Source: Chrysomallon squamiferum | Taxonomy: Eukaryota > Animalia > Mollusca | Reading direction: 5' to 3' | Assembly (NCBI GenBank): GCA_012295275.1 | Contig: CM022667.1 | Coordinates: 1,364,001 to 1,428,000 of the forward strand | DNA length: 64,000 nucleotides | In this document: positions 1-12,642 of the stretch, one piece after another | Layout: every line of letters begins with the position of its first letter | Numbering within the stretch: position 1 is the stretch's first letter | The notes under the pieces: generated by a model | What the model saw: only the letters and a program-made list of their open reading frames with translations | Databases searched by the model: none | What the model was told of the DNA's origin: nothing | Position numbers and translations under genes: made by a program

Positions 1-205
1 GCTGATATTAAATAAGACAAAAGATTAATGTCGGAAACAGCAAATCGGGTATGAAGAATAAAGAAGAAAAGATATGCCTAAACGAACAAGAACATGCCTG
101 ACTCATTTCTGAAATGAGTAATAAAATTTAAATACTGCTAAAAAAAAAAAATAAATAAATAAATAAATAAATAACATATTTTAAAAACAACATTAATCAT
201 CATAC

Positions 206-260
206 CTGCTCAGTCGGAGTGTAGTCAGGCTGTTTCACTATATGCACTCTGTCTAAAAAA
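206..260 (-). CDS. GNAS: G alpha-s coding exon 6 (55 nt; equivalent to human exon 7); the gene continues beyond the left edge
   Basis: Acceptor CTTTCAG|, translation (Y)FLDRVHIVKQPDYTPTEQ, donor CAG|GTATGA. The six exons total 537 nt (179 codons) in one frame. Confidence 0.96.
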
Positions 261-688
261 CTGAAAGTAAATAAAAAGAAAGAAAATGTAAGTATTTTTA
301 AAAAATAATAATCAAACTTGTGTCTGAAATTAATCTGAAAATCAGAAATTTTCCCATGAAATCTAAAAATCAACTTGAAATCAGTTACAAACATTCTGTT
401 AGATTCTCAATCTAAAATAAAATGATATTGTAATTCTCTGATGTGGGACATATATATTTTGTAATTTTAAAGAAAAGATAAAATACAAATATAAGAAAAC
501 AGGGATACCACATGTAGGGGAAGGAAATTGTTACAATAAACACTACCAGGTTAATTGCACGAAAGATTCACATTATAACATGAATGTTTATGAAGCTGTG
601 CATCTGCTTGCTATTTCTGTCCACTTTTTCCTTCCTTCTTTTTTTAATTATCCTTCCTTCTCTCTCACCATCCCTCTCCCCTTCTTTC

Positions 689-821
<133 letters not shown>

Positions 822-2136
822 ATTTTTGTATACTACTGTATTTTTTGTTAACAGTGGCCTCAATGTGTGTGTCAAATTTGTTTTTACAGATAATTTATCT
901 TTCTTTAAAATGGCACAAATGCATGAAACAGTAATGAAACCAACAACAATAGCTATGTATTTGCAATGATGTTGAGACAGAAGTCTTTAACCCCTCAAAA
1001 AAAAAAAAAAAAACTATAAATATTTTACACCAGTGACCAACCATTAACAAGAAATAAATTTAAATTAAAGTTGACAATTGCTGCTTAGCAACTCTGGCTG
1101 AACTGTACTGAAATGACATTGCTGAAAAAAGGCTCCTCAAGTTTTTACTTCACTGGCACATGCACTTTTAAGCAGAAGCCACAGAACTGTTTAGTTGTTT
1201 CCTTGGCAACCCCCTCTCCTCTAACTGTTTACCAACAAAGACATTAATGGAAGTGTGCTTGTTACCAACCGATCAGTTTGTGATATATATGAAATCAGTT
1301 CATTACAAGCCAGTCTATAAATAATCTTTTTTTTTTTCTTTTCTTTTTTCTCAGTCTGTCAAACTAATGTCATGCTGTGACAGGCAATCCACTCAAAATG
1401 CATTTCTGAACTTACTTTTTGCTGTAGCTAGTATGGCTGACAAAGATTTCTTTTGTTCAAAAATTCAACTCCCAACAGAATTAGTGAATATTAACAGATA
1501 CCCATATTGGTCTTTTCTCTCACCCCCCCCCCCCAACTACTTCCCAGAATAATATTTCTGAAGCTGTAATAATAACAATAAATGCCAGTGACGTTTTACA
1601 ATATTCAGCTCCTATTATTTACGTTCACTGCAAAGTGTGCATTTTAAACATTATTTATAATATTAATTTATTTTTCTTGGCTGGTTGCAGGCAAGCCAAT
1701 AAACAGTATGAGACATTGGGTATGCATGCACTTTCGTGATCATGTTATCTGACATTTTAATAATAAAAAAAAATAAAAAATAAAAAATTTAGTTCTAATA
1801 AATATATATATATTTTTTTTTTTTTTTGCAGTGTCAACAGTTCCCAGAAATACATGAAGATTTTTATTTTGCTATCCAAAAACATTTTGCTTTGCTTTAT
1901 TTTATTATATTTATGGTTTTTAAACAGTATTATACCTGCTTCTGTATTCAAATCTAATAACTGGAAAAAGGACAAATTAATTTATAAGCCAAGAATACCA
2001 TATCTGACTTTAAAATCTATTTTTTTTTTAAAGTTTTCACTTTTTGTTCATTTATGCAATTTCATAATGTCTACCTGAAACCTTCTCCCTGGCCAAAAAA
2101 ACAAACAAAAAGTTAAAATATTATTTTATATTATTA

Positions 2137-2170
<34 letters not shown>

Positions 2171-3847
2171 CACAATCAGAATAATTTTGTTTCTGAAAGG
2201 TGAGGATTGGTTACTGGTGACTAATAATTGGTTTATTGATTGTTGTTTTTTTGCTTTTATCATAAAATGAATATATAAAATGCAGACTGTATGATTCACT
2301 AGTGAAGTTCAGTTTACAACATGCCTATAACAAACATTATTTATTTGAAATTTATTTGCTGGGCAACGTATTAAAGTGCAGAATGTGCATAAATCTGTGA
2401 AATCTTGTCAAGTATTAATGTGGCACAAATCTATAAAAATTCTACAAAATACGCATTTTATTTGAATTTTATTTTGTAAACTTAGATTTATTATCAAAAG
2501 AAACAACAAAAATATTTGTTGTTTAAAAACACCCTAAATATATTAATGTCATATAGCCGATGAAAGCTTGCAAAACAGCAACTGCTTCTACACCACCTAT
2601 AAATGCTCTGTAAATTTCACTGTAGCAAAAATAATGGAGACATACATAAGCTGATTCCTGAAATACTTTCAACATCCATTTCTTAATTCAGTACAAAAAT
2701 ACTGACAGGAAAAGGAGAAAATTTTGGGAGTGAAAAAAAAAGAAAAAAAAGAAAGAATAAAAAGGGGGAAAAAAAAAGATAATTTATTAAATTTCAGTGC
2801 TATTTAATGTTTGATAATTAACACAAAAACGGTATTCAAGCATTTTTCTGTAAAGTCTAAACTTAGAGAAAACTAAATCAGAGAATACCGAGCTTTTAAC
2901 TGCAGCCATGTCACTATATCTGTCTTATTTAAGACTTTTTCATTTACATCTAATGTGCATTTTAATTTATTCCCTTTATAACAAATATTTATTAATGTTG
3001 TAGTAGTAGTATTAGTATTACAAGCATTACAGTAGTAGTAGTAGTAGTAATAGTAGTAGTAGGAACAACAACAAGATATATATATATTCACAAACACACA
3101 CACACACTAGAAATCTTAAGATTTGATTTTTTTTCTTCTTCCCTAAATCAGATGACAAAAAAAAAATATTAAAAAATTCATTTTAAAATTAGATCCTGTC
3201 AAAGGAGAGGAAGATTCATTAAATATAATCAATAAAACGGTGGGACTTTGAATCTAATGTTGTAATGAAACAGAATTTTAGATAGTTTCCAGCATCCAGT
3301 GCATTAAATGGTAATTTAAACATCTTACAGCTGTAATTCATTTAATATTAAGTCGATACAACTCAATTTATGCCCCTAAAAATTGGTCCATCATGGAGCT
3401 GAAAGGGAAGTAACCTAATAATGGCAAATATCCTTTATTTGCTAATAGCTGGGCTGACCTGAGTTCAGCAGAGAAACGAGGACAACTGTCAAACGGTGCA
3501 GGTACAATGTATTTGGCTATTTCCAAACTGTTTATTGGTGTTTTGTTAAAAATAGAACTGTGAGTCAGCTTGCCTGCTAAAGTTAGCCAGCTCAAGCCAG
3601 CCATGGGACAAGAAAAGATAAACTAGTTGGGAAAAATCTCTGGGATGCTGTTTATACTGAGATCCTGAGAGCTACATTTAGTAGAACAACTTGATCAATA
3701 GTGAGAACTCCATTTACACTGCCGGTGTTTTGTGTGTGCAAGGAAAGGGGAGGGAGGAAGGAAGGGAAAAAGGAAAGGAACAGAGATAAAAAGATAAAGA
3801 TAGAATATGATTTTTTTTTTATTTTATTTTTATTTTTTTCTCATTCT

Positions 3848-3878
<31 letters not shown>

Positions 3879-4587
3879 TATACTGCAAGAGAAGTTATAC
3901 ACACAGATGTTGTTTTACAAATATTTTCTCACCGATTATTACATTAATAAAAAAATTACTTGTTTAAACAAGAACAAAAATCTATTACGACAATAAACTT
4001 CGGTCATAATTTTATTTTTTATTTTATATTCCAATCATTATTATTAAAGTAAGTTTGGTGGATTGAGTACATGGTGAGGTTGGAATTACAAGTGTTTGCA
4101 AAACTAATACCACCACTGTGGTAACCACGCAGTGTTTACCGTAACAGCCCCATGCCAACAGTAACATGTACCTGTCCAGCTATTTGGCCAACACTTTGAA
4201 AATCACCCACAACAAACAGCTGCACTTAAACCAGTCTAAACATAGCCCAACATCATTCAAAAAGTGGTTAAATATAGATCGTAGCACGTAAACTTGGCCC
4301 GATATGTCACGCCAGGCAAAACATCCAAGTCGAGAATAGGAAATTTATTCAAGATTAGAAGTGGTCACTACTTAAACAGTCTAGCTTTCTGACTGTGTGT
4401 AGGATTTTTTTGAAGATTTCCTTAGGGAGGGTCCTTTTGGAAAACACAAGCTCAAACGTGTTTGATTTGGGTTCAGACAGATGAGCTATGATGATGCTTC
4501 GATTTTATTTTTTTTTTCTTTCTCACTCTTTTCCCCTCCTTTTGTTTCCTGTTTGTGATCTATATAAAACACATTATTATTATTAAT

Positions 4588-4624
<37 letters not shown>

Positions 4625-4822
4625 ATTAGTTATTTTATTTTCATGTTTTATATTATAAAAACAAAATAAAAGGAAATATTTTAGACATTTGAATACACAA
4701 CACCACGGGCATCGTACTGATCATGGGAGTTTCCCTATGCCTGTAGAAAATTAAAACATCACATTTGTAAAGATAATTAAACAGTCATTAATTACAGAAT
4801 AAAAAAAATATATATATATTAT

Positions 4823-4868
<46 letters not shown>

Positions 4869-5379
4869 AAATATTTTCATGAATCAAATTTAATCTACAT
4901 ATACAAATGCCTTTATAGGAGACAACAAAAAATAAAATAAAATAAAATAAAAATTTCTGACAAACTCAATTACGCCCCCACCCTCCCCTTAAAACTGTCA
5001 CTAAAAATAAAAAAAGGAATAAAAAAAAAAGACTGAAATGCATTTATTCTTAGATCTGCTGAACATTTCTGTCAAATGCACTATATTTATAAATTAGCCT
5101 TGTGGCAGTCTATTCCGAGACTACTTCAGTGCTATAAATACATAACCCCTTCAACTCATGCAAATACACAGCTGACTACACATATACTATGAGTTTCTAC
5201 ACTGTTTTAATACTCTGACATCACCACGACACATGATCAAATACTGTTTAAACAAAGGATTAGCACTGAAGTGGCTCAGTGTGTCCTGTCAACAGACAAC
5301 AAAAACAAAATCTGAATTTATTTTTAAGTGAACGATATCAGGTTACAGAGCTGATAACAAGCTTCCTTTTTCTTTTTAT

Positions 5380-5419
5380 ACACACACACACACACACACA
5401 AAGTGTGTGTGTGTGTGTG

Positions 5420-5500
<81 letters not shown>
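5380..5500. repeat. Compound (CA)n-(GT)n-(GA)n microsatellite
   Basis: Read directly from the sequence. Confidence 0.95.
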
Positions 5501-5502
<2 letters not shown>

Positions 5503-6874
5503 AATATTCAGAAATGCAGACATACTAAATTTTACAATACATTTTTATTTTGCATTATTAAGAAAAATCCTTATTACTTGTAAAATATTTGATACAGGCT
5601 AAAAAAAATATTTTCATACCATAAAGAAATCAATACATAAAATAGTTTAAGCAATTTATCCTGAACAGTGTACTTCAAATGTTTAACACGTTCATGTTTT
5701 TGGATCATTTTTACAATGAAAATTTTAAGATACAGATCTAAAAACTGTTGAAATTTTAAAGAAACTGAATATTATATATTATGAGACAAATAAATGTATA
5801 TACTGTCATTTAATGTTGAACTCCATTTACTCACATGACACAATAAAATGTACAAAAGTAACTCCCTAACCCACCAAACCATGTAAAATAATGCTATTAC
5901 TGCATCTATAATGGTTTATATGTGTATATATATACACACATGTATTTGGTAATCGCTTCCTTCTGCTGCAAGGTTCAGCTGGAAAAGTGATCTTTCTGTA
6001 GTAGAAAACAGAAGCAATATGCTAAAAATAAATTCATCTAGGAAGATACATAACCGAAATACTCAAGGCCTGAAATATTTATTATGAAGAATTCCAATTT
6101 ATTTATTATACACATATATTCAACACACTCATGTATAATAAAAAGATTAAAATTTAATGTACCATTTAGTATTGAGTTCTTTATAATACATGTTTCACGC
6201 AATAATAGTATATAAGAAACAATTATATCTGAAGAAAATAAATACCAGTAGTTTTCTTCCAAAATAGCATGGTTTCTACATTTGAGCATAATACTTTCCA
6301 ATGAAATATTGTGAAGAATGTGCCATGTTAACACAGATAATTATTATTTCATTCTGGAAACTGTAGAATTTATCATTTAACAAAGATAATATTGTGAAAT
6401 CTGAATTTTATTTACTGTGCACTGTACTTGTACTTTAATCAAATACTGATTTTAAAGCATGAACTCATTTGCTATTTTGCAATTTGTTACGAGAACATGA
6501 AATGAAATACACATTAGCATTTATGTATGTATGTATATTAAGTTGTAGGTCTTCATTTGGCCATTAAAAAAAAAAAAAAAAAAAAATTAGAAATGAATTT
6601 AGTATTTTATTAATTATTTGAAAAAAAAAAAAAAAAAAAAAAAAAAAAGGAAGTTTTATTTACCTACCATAACATACATTATCTTACTCACAACCATTTT
6701 TTTAAAACATATTTCTACTCATGTTTCCATTTTTGTTTCTACGTATATGTGTAATATTTACACGCAGGCCTGTACGTAATATTTACAAATCTCGGAATAA
6801 CGTAATCTTATCCAGAAATTAAAGACATTTATTCTTAAGGCCAGACGTGCCATTCTGATTTTTGTATACAAGCC

Positions 6875-6979
6875 CTATCTATCTATCTATCTATCTTTGT
6901 TCACGTGATTTTTCTTGCTGGCCAGCCAGCCAGCCAGCCAGCCAAGCCAGCAAGTGAGTGAGTGAGTGAGTGAGTGAGT
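6875..6979. repeat. Short tetranucleotide runs (CTAT)n, (GCCA)n, (GTGA)n
   Basis: Read directly from the sequence. Confidence 0.85.
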
Positions 6980-7129
6980 CTGTTCGCATCATCCAGCACA
7001 AGTGAGTTGGAGGAGGAGGACTGAGGCAGCAGAAAACACTTTGGCAGTATTGATTCTTGACACGGCCCCTTCAGTTACATCTGTTTCACAGCTCTGCCTG
7101 CTAATGTATATCTGTAACTCAATCAGCGG

Positions 7130-7139
7130 CTATTTTTAG
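7130..7139 (-). promoter_or_regulatory. MEF2 consensus site in an intronic GC-richer island
   Basis: GGCTATTTTTAGCC on plus, which reads GGCTAAAAATAGCC on minus. Confidence 0.5.
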
Positions 7140-7317
7140 CCTGCGTACAGTTGACTGTTACTAAATCAGTGAATGTGACCCAAAATGTCCTGGCTGGTGG
7201 CAAACCTCCCGCCTGCAGCCGAAGACACACACACAGTCTGGAAGATGAGTAGCCAGCCAGGACTGAGGGATAAAACGCAAAATGCTGTGGAAGGTAAACC
7301 GAACCGAAGCTTGCTGT

Positions 7318-7327
7318 TGTGTGTGTG

Positions 7328-7383
<56 letters not shown>
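7318..7383. repeat. (GT)n microsatellite
   Basis: Read directly from the sequence. Confidence 0.95.
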
Positions 7384-7385
<2 letters not shown>

Positions 7386-8159
7386 GTGGAGAGAAAACAG
7401 TTCAGAGTGGCAAGCTTCCTCATACATTATTCTCACTAGGTTACAGGAGTGTGTAATAGATGCGTTAAAGAAAAATATTAAAATATACAAGGCTGGGTGT
7501 CGCGACTTGAAAATGGATTCTCACAAAAACACATAAAAAGAAAGGGGGGAAAAAAAAAAAAATGCACGTATATTGAAAATTGTTAAAGAAATTAATTGAA
7601 GGTGTGCTCAAATAACCACATGAGAAGCAATAAAAAAAAAAATTAATAAATAAAATTTTTATTGGTACCTTTACCAGCTACATTGATCACTCACTCAGTG
7701 TGTTATGTGGTGTAAACAGACTCGAGAATATTAAATAAAAAATCTACTAAAGCTCTCTACTGAATGGCAAGTAATAATAATAATAATAGTAGTAGCAGCA
7801 TTAGTATAAGTAGTAGTAATAATAGTAATAAATACTGTAACAATAATAATAATAATAATCCCAAAATGAAAAAAAAAAACTTCTTTTTTCATGAACAGCT
7901 AATATGAACTGAAATATTTGATTATTAATGTTGCAAGTAAACCCTATAACGTCTGCTGTGCTTTCAGTTTTCAACAATTTCCTTCATAAAATGTATCAGC
8001 ACCAAAGGAAAGGATAAACATCAGAAATACTTTCTCAAACTATAACTGAAACCCCCCAAAAAAAAACACATATTTCTTTTTCCTTTCTTTTATAATTGTA
8101 CTCTGGAAGGAACAAAAATATCTTGCAGTCAGTTGCTTTTCTGTTAGTTAATATTAATT

Positions 8160-8275
8160 GTTAAAGACATTCTGATAACAAGAAAGAGCTATTCTTTCTG
8201 ATTAGCAACAAGAATCTTTTACATACATTTTTACCACTAACAGGATAGTACATACCCCAGTCTTTCAAAACCCAC
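8160..8275 (-). mobile_element. Degenerate SINE fragment with Meta (MESC)-like central domain
   Basis: The reverse complement reads GGTATGTACTATCCTGTTAGTGG...GTAAAAGATTCTTGTTGCTAATCAGAAAGAATAGC, matching the MetaSINE core as recalled (GGTATGT.CTATCCTGTCTGTGG...TAAAAGATCCCTTGCTGCTAAT). It is also similar to the copy at about 47950-48030. Confidence 0.65.
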
Positions 8276-11200
8276 GCGTTCTATTTACACATTTACTGTT
8301 TATTCAACAGTTTACTTCGCAATAATTCTAATAACATATATATTACTATATATGTTTCATAAAGCTGAAAAAATAAACTTTTATGGTACAAATGAAATAG
8401 ATATTACTATTTAATTTTTATAGCGTTTACAAAATAATTCTTAATGTGACTGTACATGCCAATAAAATGTATTTTTCAAATTGAATGGTCCGATATAATT
8501 TTTTTTTAATTTAAGAACACCTGCTTTACTATAATAATCTGTACTTCAGTGTACAATAGACAGTGTCAGACAGACAATAAGTAAGAATTGTAAAATGGTT
8601 CAAACTACTTGAGGTTAAAGATCTATTAAGTATATAAATCAGTCTTGGCACATATTTAATTTTGAGTTTTGTCTTCAACAATTTACACTTGATATACCCG
8701 TAACCCAGTAATATTGGCAGGGTGTGGCCATTCAAAAATAAACCCAGAGAAATCTGCAAGGAAAATGGTTCTAATTCAGACCATGCTTATTTTAAAAATC
8801 AGTGAATTTCTAATAAATGAATACAAAATATTTTAATACTTTCAATAATTTTATTTATTTATTAAAGTTCTTTATATTTATGAATAATAATAATTTAAAA
8901 AATCAAACATTAAATAAAAAATTGAAGTAAAAACAGAACTTTTATTTATTAACTGTTTTTCTGATTATTCTGTCAAAGTTCAAAAATGAATAACAAAAAA
9001 AAAATCAAAAAAAAAAAAATCAAATAATATTAAAAATAAATAATAAATAAAAAAATAAAGTACACTTGGGTGTTATTTATTAAAGTTATGAACCTCAAAT
9101 CTTCACAAACATTTTCCACTTCAATTTCATTCCAGTTTTTCAATGGTACATTGTCAATGAAGGGACACGAACATTATTTTGATTGTATCTCAAATAAGAC
9201 CAAAGCAATACCTGACAAATAAAATGGACATTGTAAATCACTGGCTTTTGGCCAAATCCTTTCTTCTGTAGCATATTCAGGGGTTGGAGGGAGAGGACAG
9301 CCACAGTTGTTTGGAACTAAACCATTATGCGAGTGCTGTCTGTACTACATTTTAAACACACCCTCTTCTTAAAGGTGTTCTTTACTTATTCCAAAACAAG
9401 CTTAAGCAAGTCGGAACACAAATGAATGATTATTATTTTTATTTTTTTTTTTTTTTTTTTTCATGATAATTAAAGGAGCAAAAACTGATGTTAACAATGT
9501 CTGGCATGAAGACAAGAAGATGAAGAGAAAAATACACCCAACTATCCTGCTAATTGACATTACATATCAATCATAGGTAAACAACCTGTCCATTATGATT
9601 TTTTTTTACGATTTTTTATTTATTTAAAAAGACATCATTTAAAAATAAAAAAAAGTGTGTATATAATAATAATTGTAAAATATAAATAGAAGCCCACAGC
9701 ATGTGGACCTTTTTGTTTGTTTTATTAAAAATATAGATTATTTGTCAGAAGTAACTAATGACTTACTGTTTGGGGATCAATACTGTATGGTTCCACATAA
9801 AGGACAACGAACTTGTTATTTAAAAAAATTTGTTGTGATTAACAAAAGCATTCTGCACTTTTTTTTTTATTTCATCTGCCATGCCATACGCAAGATTTTC
9901 TTTACTTTTTTTTGTCGGCAGATATAGGTTTACAGAAAATCATTTCCAACTTTCATTTAAACACGCCCAGACAGACATGCAGAAGACAGACAGACACACA
10001 CACACTTCATCAATTACAGAAACTTTCACCGATAGTGTTGGATAAACAACAACAAAAAATCGCAGACTATCATGCAATCTAGTTACATCTGTATGTATGT
10101 TAGTGTGTGTTAATCTCTGTGCATGTTTTTTTTTGTTTTTAATCGCATATACACTTATGTTGTGAATATTTGATAAAAGTTGTTTTTTTTTTCTTCCCAG
10201 TGTCAATTTAAATTAATGTGAAATCACGATTATTTCAGATAATGCTTCACTTTTGTTTTCTTTTATGTCAGCATGATTTATTATCATTAAAAAAATATAT
10301 CAAATGTTTTAAAATTTATTAGTGTTTATCATAATTATATTCTGTTTTTAATGCCCCCTGGAAAGTATCTATAAAAATATTCATTATTATTTCGTTGTGC
10401 TATTGCCATTCTGACCCATCATAAATTTTCAAATTCAGATTTTTTTAATTTTTTTTTTTAATGTTTGTTTTACTGTCTGCAAGAATAAAGTTAAAATTTA
10501 TTACACTGTTCCTCCAAATATAATCCAGTAATTAATACAATGTCCGAGGTTAAAAATGTACATCAACAAAATTGTAAATGCTAACATTTCCTTCATAAAT
10601 GGTTATAAGCACTTTTCTACTTCTAATTTACTTTAATATAAATTATATTTTATGTAGCATTATAACCTTTATGTGACTAGGGTATAAAATGTCCTGTAAC
10701 CAAACTCAGTAAATGTAAATAAATACCAGAATCCAGCACATTAGGAAACAACCAAACACACAGTAACTATATTCAATTTTTTCCTTTTTTAAAAAAAAAA
10801 ACAACTAAATTTTGCCCCTGTACATTATTACATTCACATTATATGTAAAACTATGCGTATATTCAGTTCAGTCAATATTTTCTGCAGTTCATTATTGTAA
10901 TAATTATTATTATTTTACTTTATCAAAACAAATGTATGTATAAATATAAACTGTAAAATAATAATAATAATAATACTAAAAATTGTAAATGAAGAAACCA
11001 AACAAAAATAATTAAGCCAACTAACAATCTAATCAATATTTTTCTCCCAGAGAAAAAGTGACATTTCAAATAATTATTACTTTTTCTTTTACTTTACTAC
11101 AATATCTCTGAGATTATATGCGTATATGAGTATATGTATGTGTGTGTGTGTGTGTGTGTGTATTTTTTTTAAAATGACATATGCATAATTTCAAATGGAA

Positions 11201-11720
11201 ATATTCACAAACACAAAAGCACCATTAAATGATTTATGCGTTAGTGTTCAAAAGTAAATCCGCTTAAGTCACTGCTGCTTTACAATTTCCATGAATGGAA
11301 CAATGTTATGCAGAGCCCAAACACCCAGAAAAACGATTCAAAGGAAATGGTGGCGTCTTGCCAGTACCTTTTCAGCAATGTCAATGCTTGCCAGTGGAGG
11401 GAATATCTGTTACTAATGCCAGTAGCTGTGCAATGCCAGCACTGGTCAAAGAATGCCCAGTTCAAAATGCTTGTAGTCTTCATGGGTCAATGTGATCTCC
11501 CATTTGAAATGTTCACTGTCTGGAAAAAGGAACCCGTGGTTTGCTGGTAAACCAAATGATTAACAATGATCCATGCTAAGTCAGTCATACTGTGCAGAGA
11601 TCTAGAACACTGACCTCAATGTACATCAATGCATTAAAATGATTCCATTTCTTTCAATATTTGCAGAGCACTATTCTTCAGATTATGGGGGGGGGAGAAA
11701 ACAAAATGGTTTTTTTTTTT

Positions 11721-11752
<32 letters not shown>

Positions 11753-12544
11753 CAGCAACTCATCAATAATTTAACAGTAAACAATTATCAATTTTGTAAA
11801 GTTGAAGTTTCACCCAAGGTTAATGACATGAAACATTTACTGAAGTTTATTTAAAAAAAAATAAAAAATAAATAAAATAAAATTATTGCTCCCAGACTCC
11901 TCCAGCTTTATTAAGTGGATTTATTGCCAACATGAATGCAGACAATATGTTGGTGGGAAAAGCTTGAAAACTGCTGTCTGTTGTCTAACTTTCAAAACTT
12001 ATCTCTAATGAAACAAGCAGAAAATTCTCATAGATATGTACAAGATGAATTTTATAAAAAGGATTTATTACTTCATTCAAGAGAAAGTAACACAAGTTGC
12101 AATAAATTATTATATCAAAAGTTAACAATGATTAATGCAACTGTATGCAATTGTCTGTGTCTTGTAAGTGTCTTTTAGAAACAAATGCTGATAATAACAG
12201 CACGTTCAAATACTTTAATTAATTTCCTAAGAAAAATGTGTTATAATAAATATATCTTAGCTAATCTTTAAAAAAATACAAGAAGAAACTTTTTAGGTTC
12301 AGAAAAGAAAAAAAAAAGGATTTGTTTTTTCGATTATTTTAACATTGTTTCGCTTCTTATTTATTTTCTTTTTCAAATTATTATTTCTTTGTTTTTAACA
12401 ACAAAAAAAAGTCTTTGAAAGGAATATAAAGTGATCACAACAATGCAGGACTGATGACAAAATTCTGTCAAACTACATACCACATAATTACTTCAAAAAA
12501 CATCAGGAAAAAGGAATTTAAAAAGTTAATAAAATGGTACTTAC

Positions 12545-12642
12545 TACTGTGCACAATCAATGAGTTGGTATTCATTTGAACGTTCGTAACATTTTTGTAC
12601 TCCTTTGTCTTTCCACAAAATTTCTGTATGTTCATAAAATAT
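12545..12642 (-). CDS. GNAS: G alpha-s coding exon 5 (98 nt; equivalent to human exon 6)
   Basis: Acceptor TTTTTCAG|, translation [32 protein letters not shown](Y) with the conserved [14 protein letters not shown], donor TA|GTAAGT. Confidence 0.97.

Noticed and set aside
3238-3256. CGGTGGGACTTT resembling the 5' half of miR-278
   Set aside because: The match ends after 12 nt and I see no complementary arm for a precursor hairpin.
11280-11560. Three overlapping ORFs and a good minus-strand acceptor (TTTTTCCAG| near 11520) in GNAS intron 5
   Set aside because: No recognisable protein is encoded and all frames after the acceptor stop quickly. Splicing from exon 5 would create an immediate TAA, so a poison exon is conceivable, but nothing supports it.
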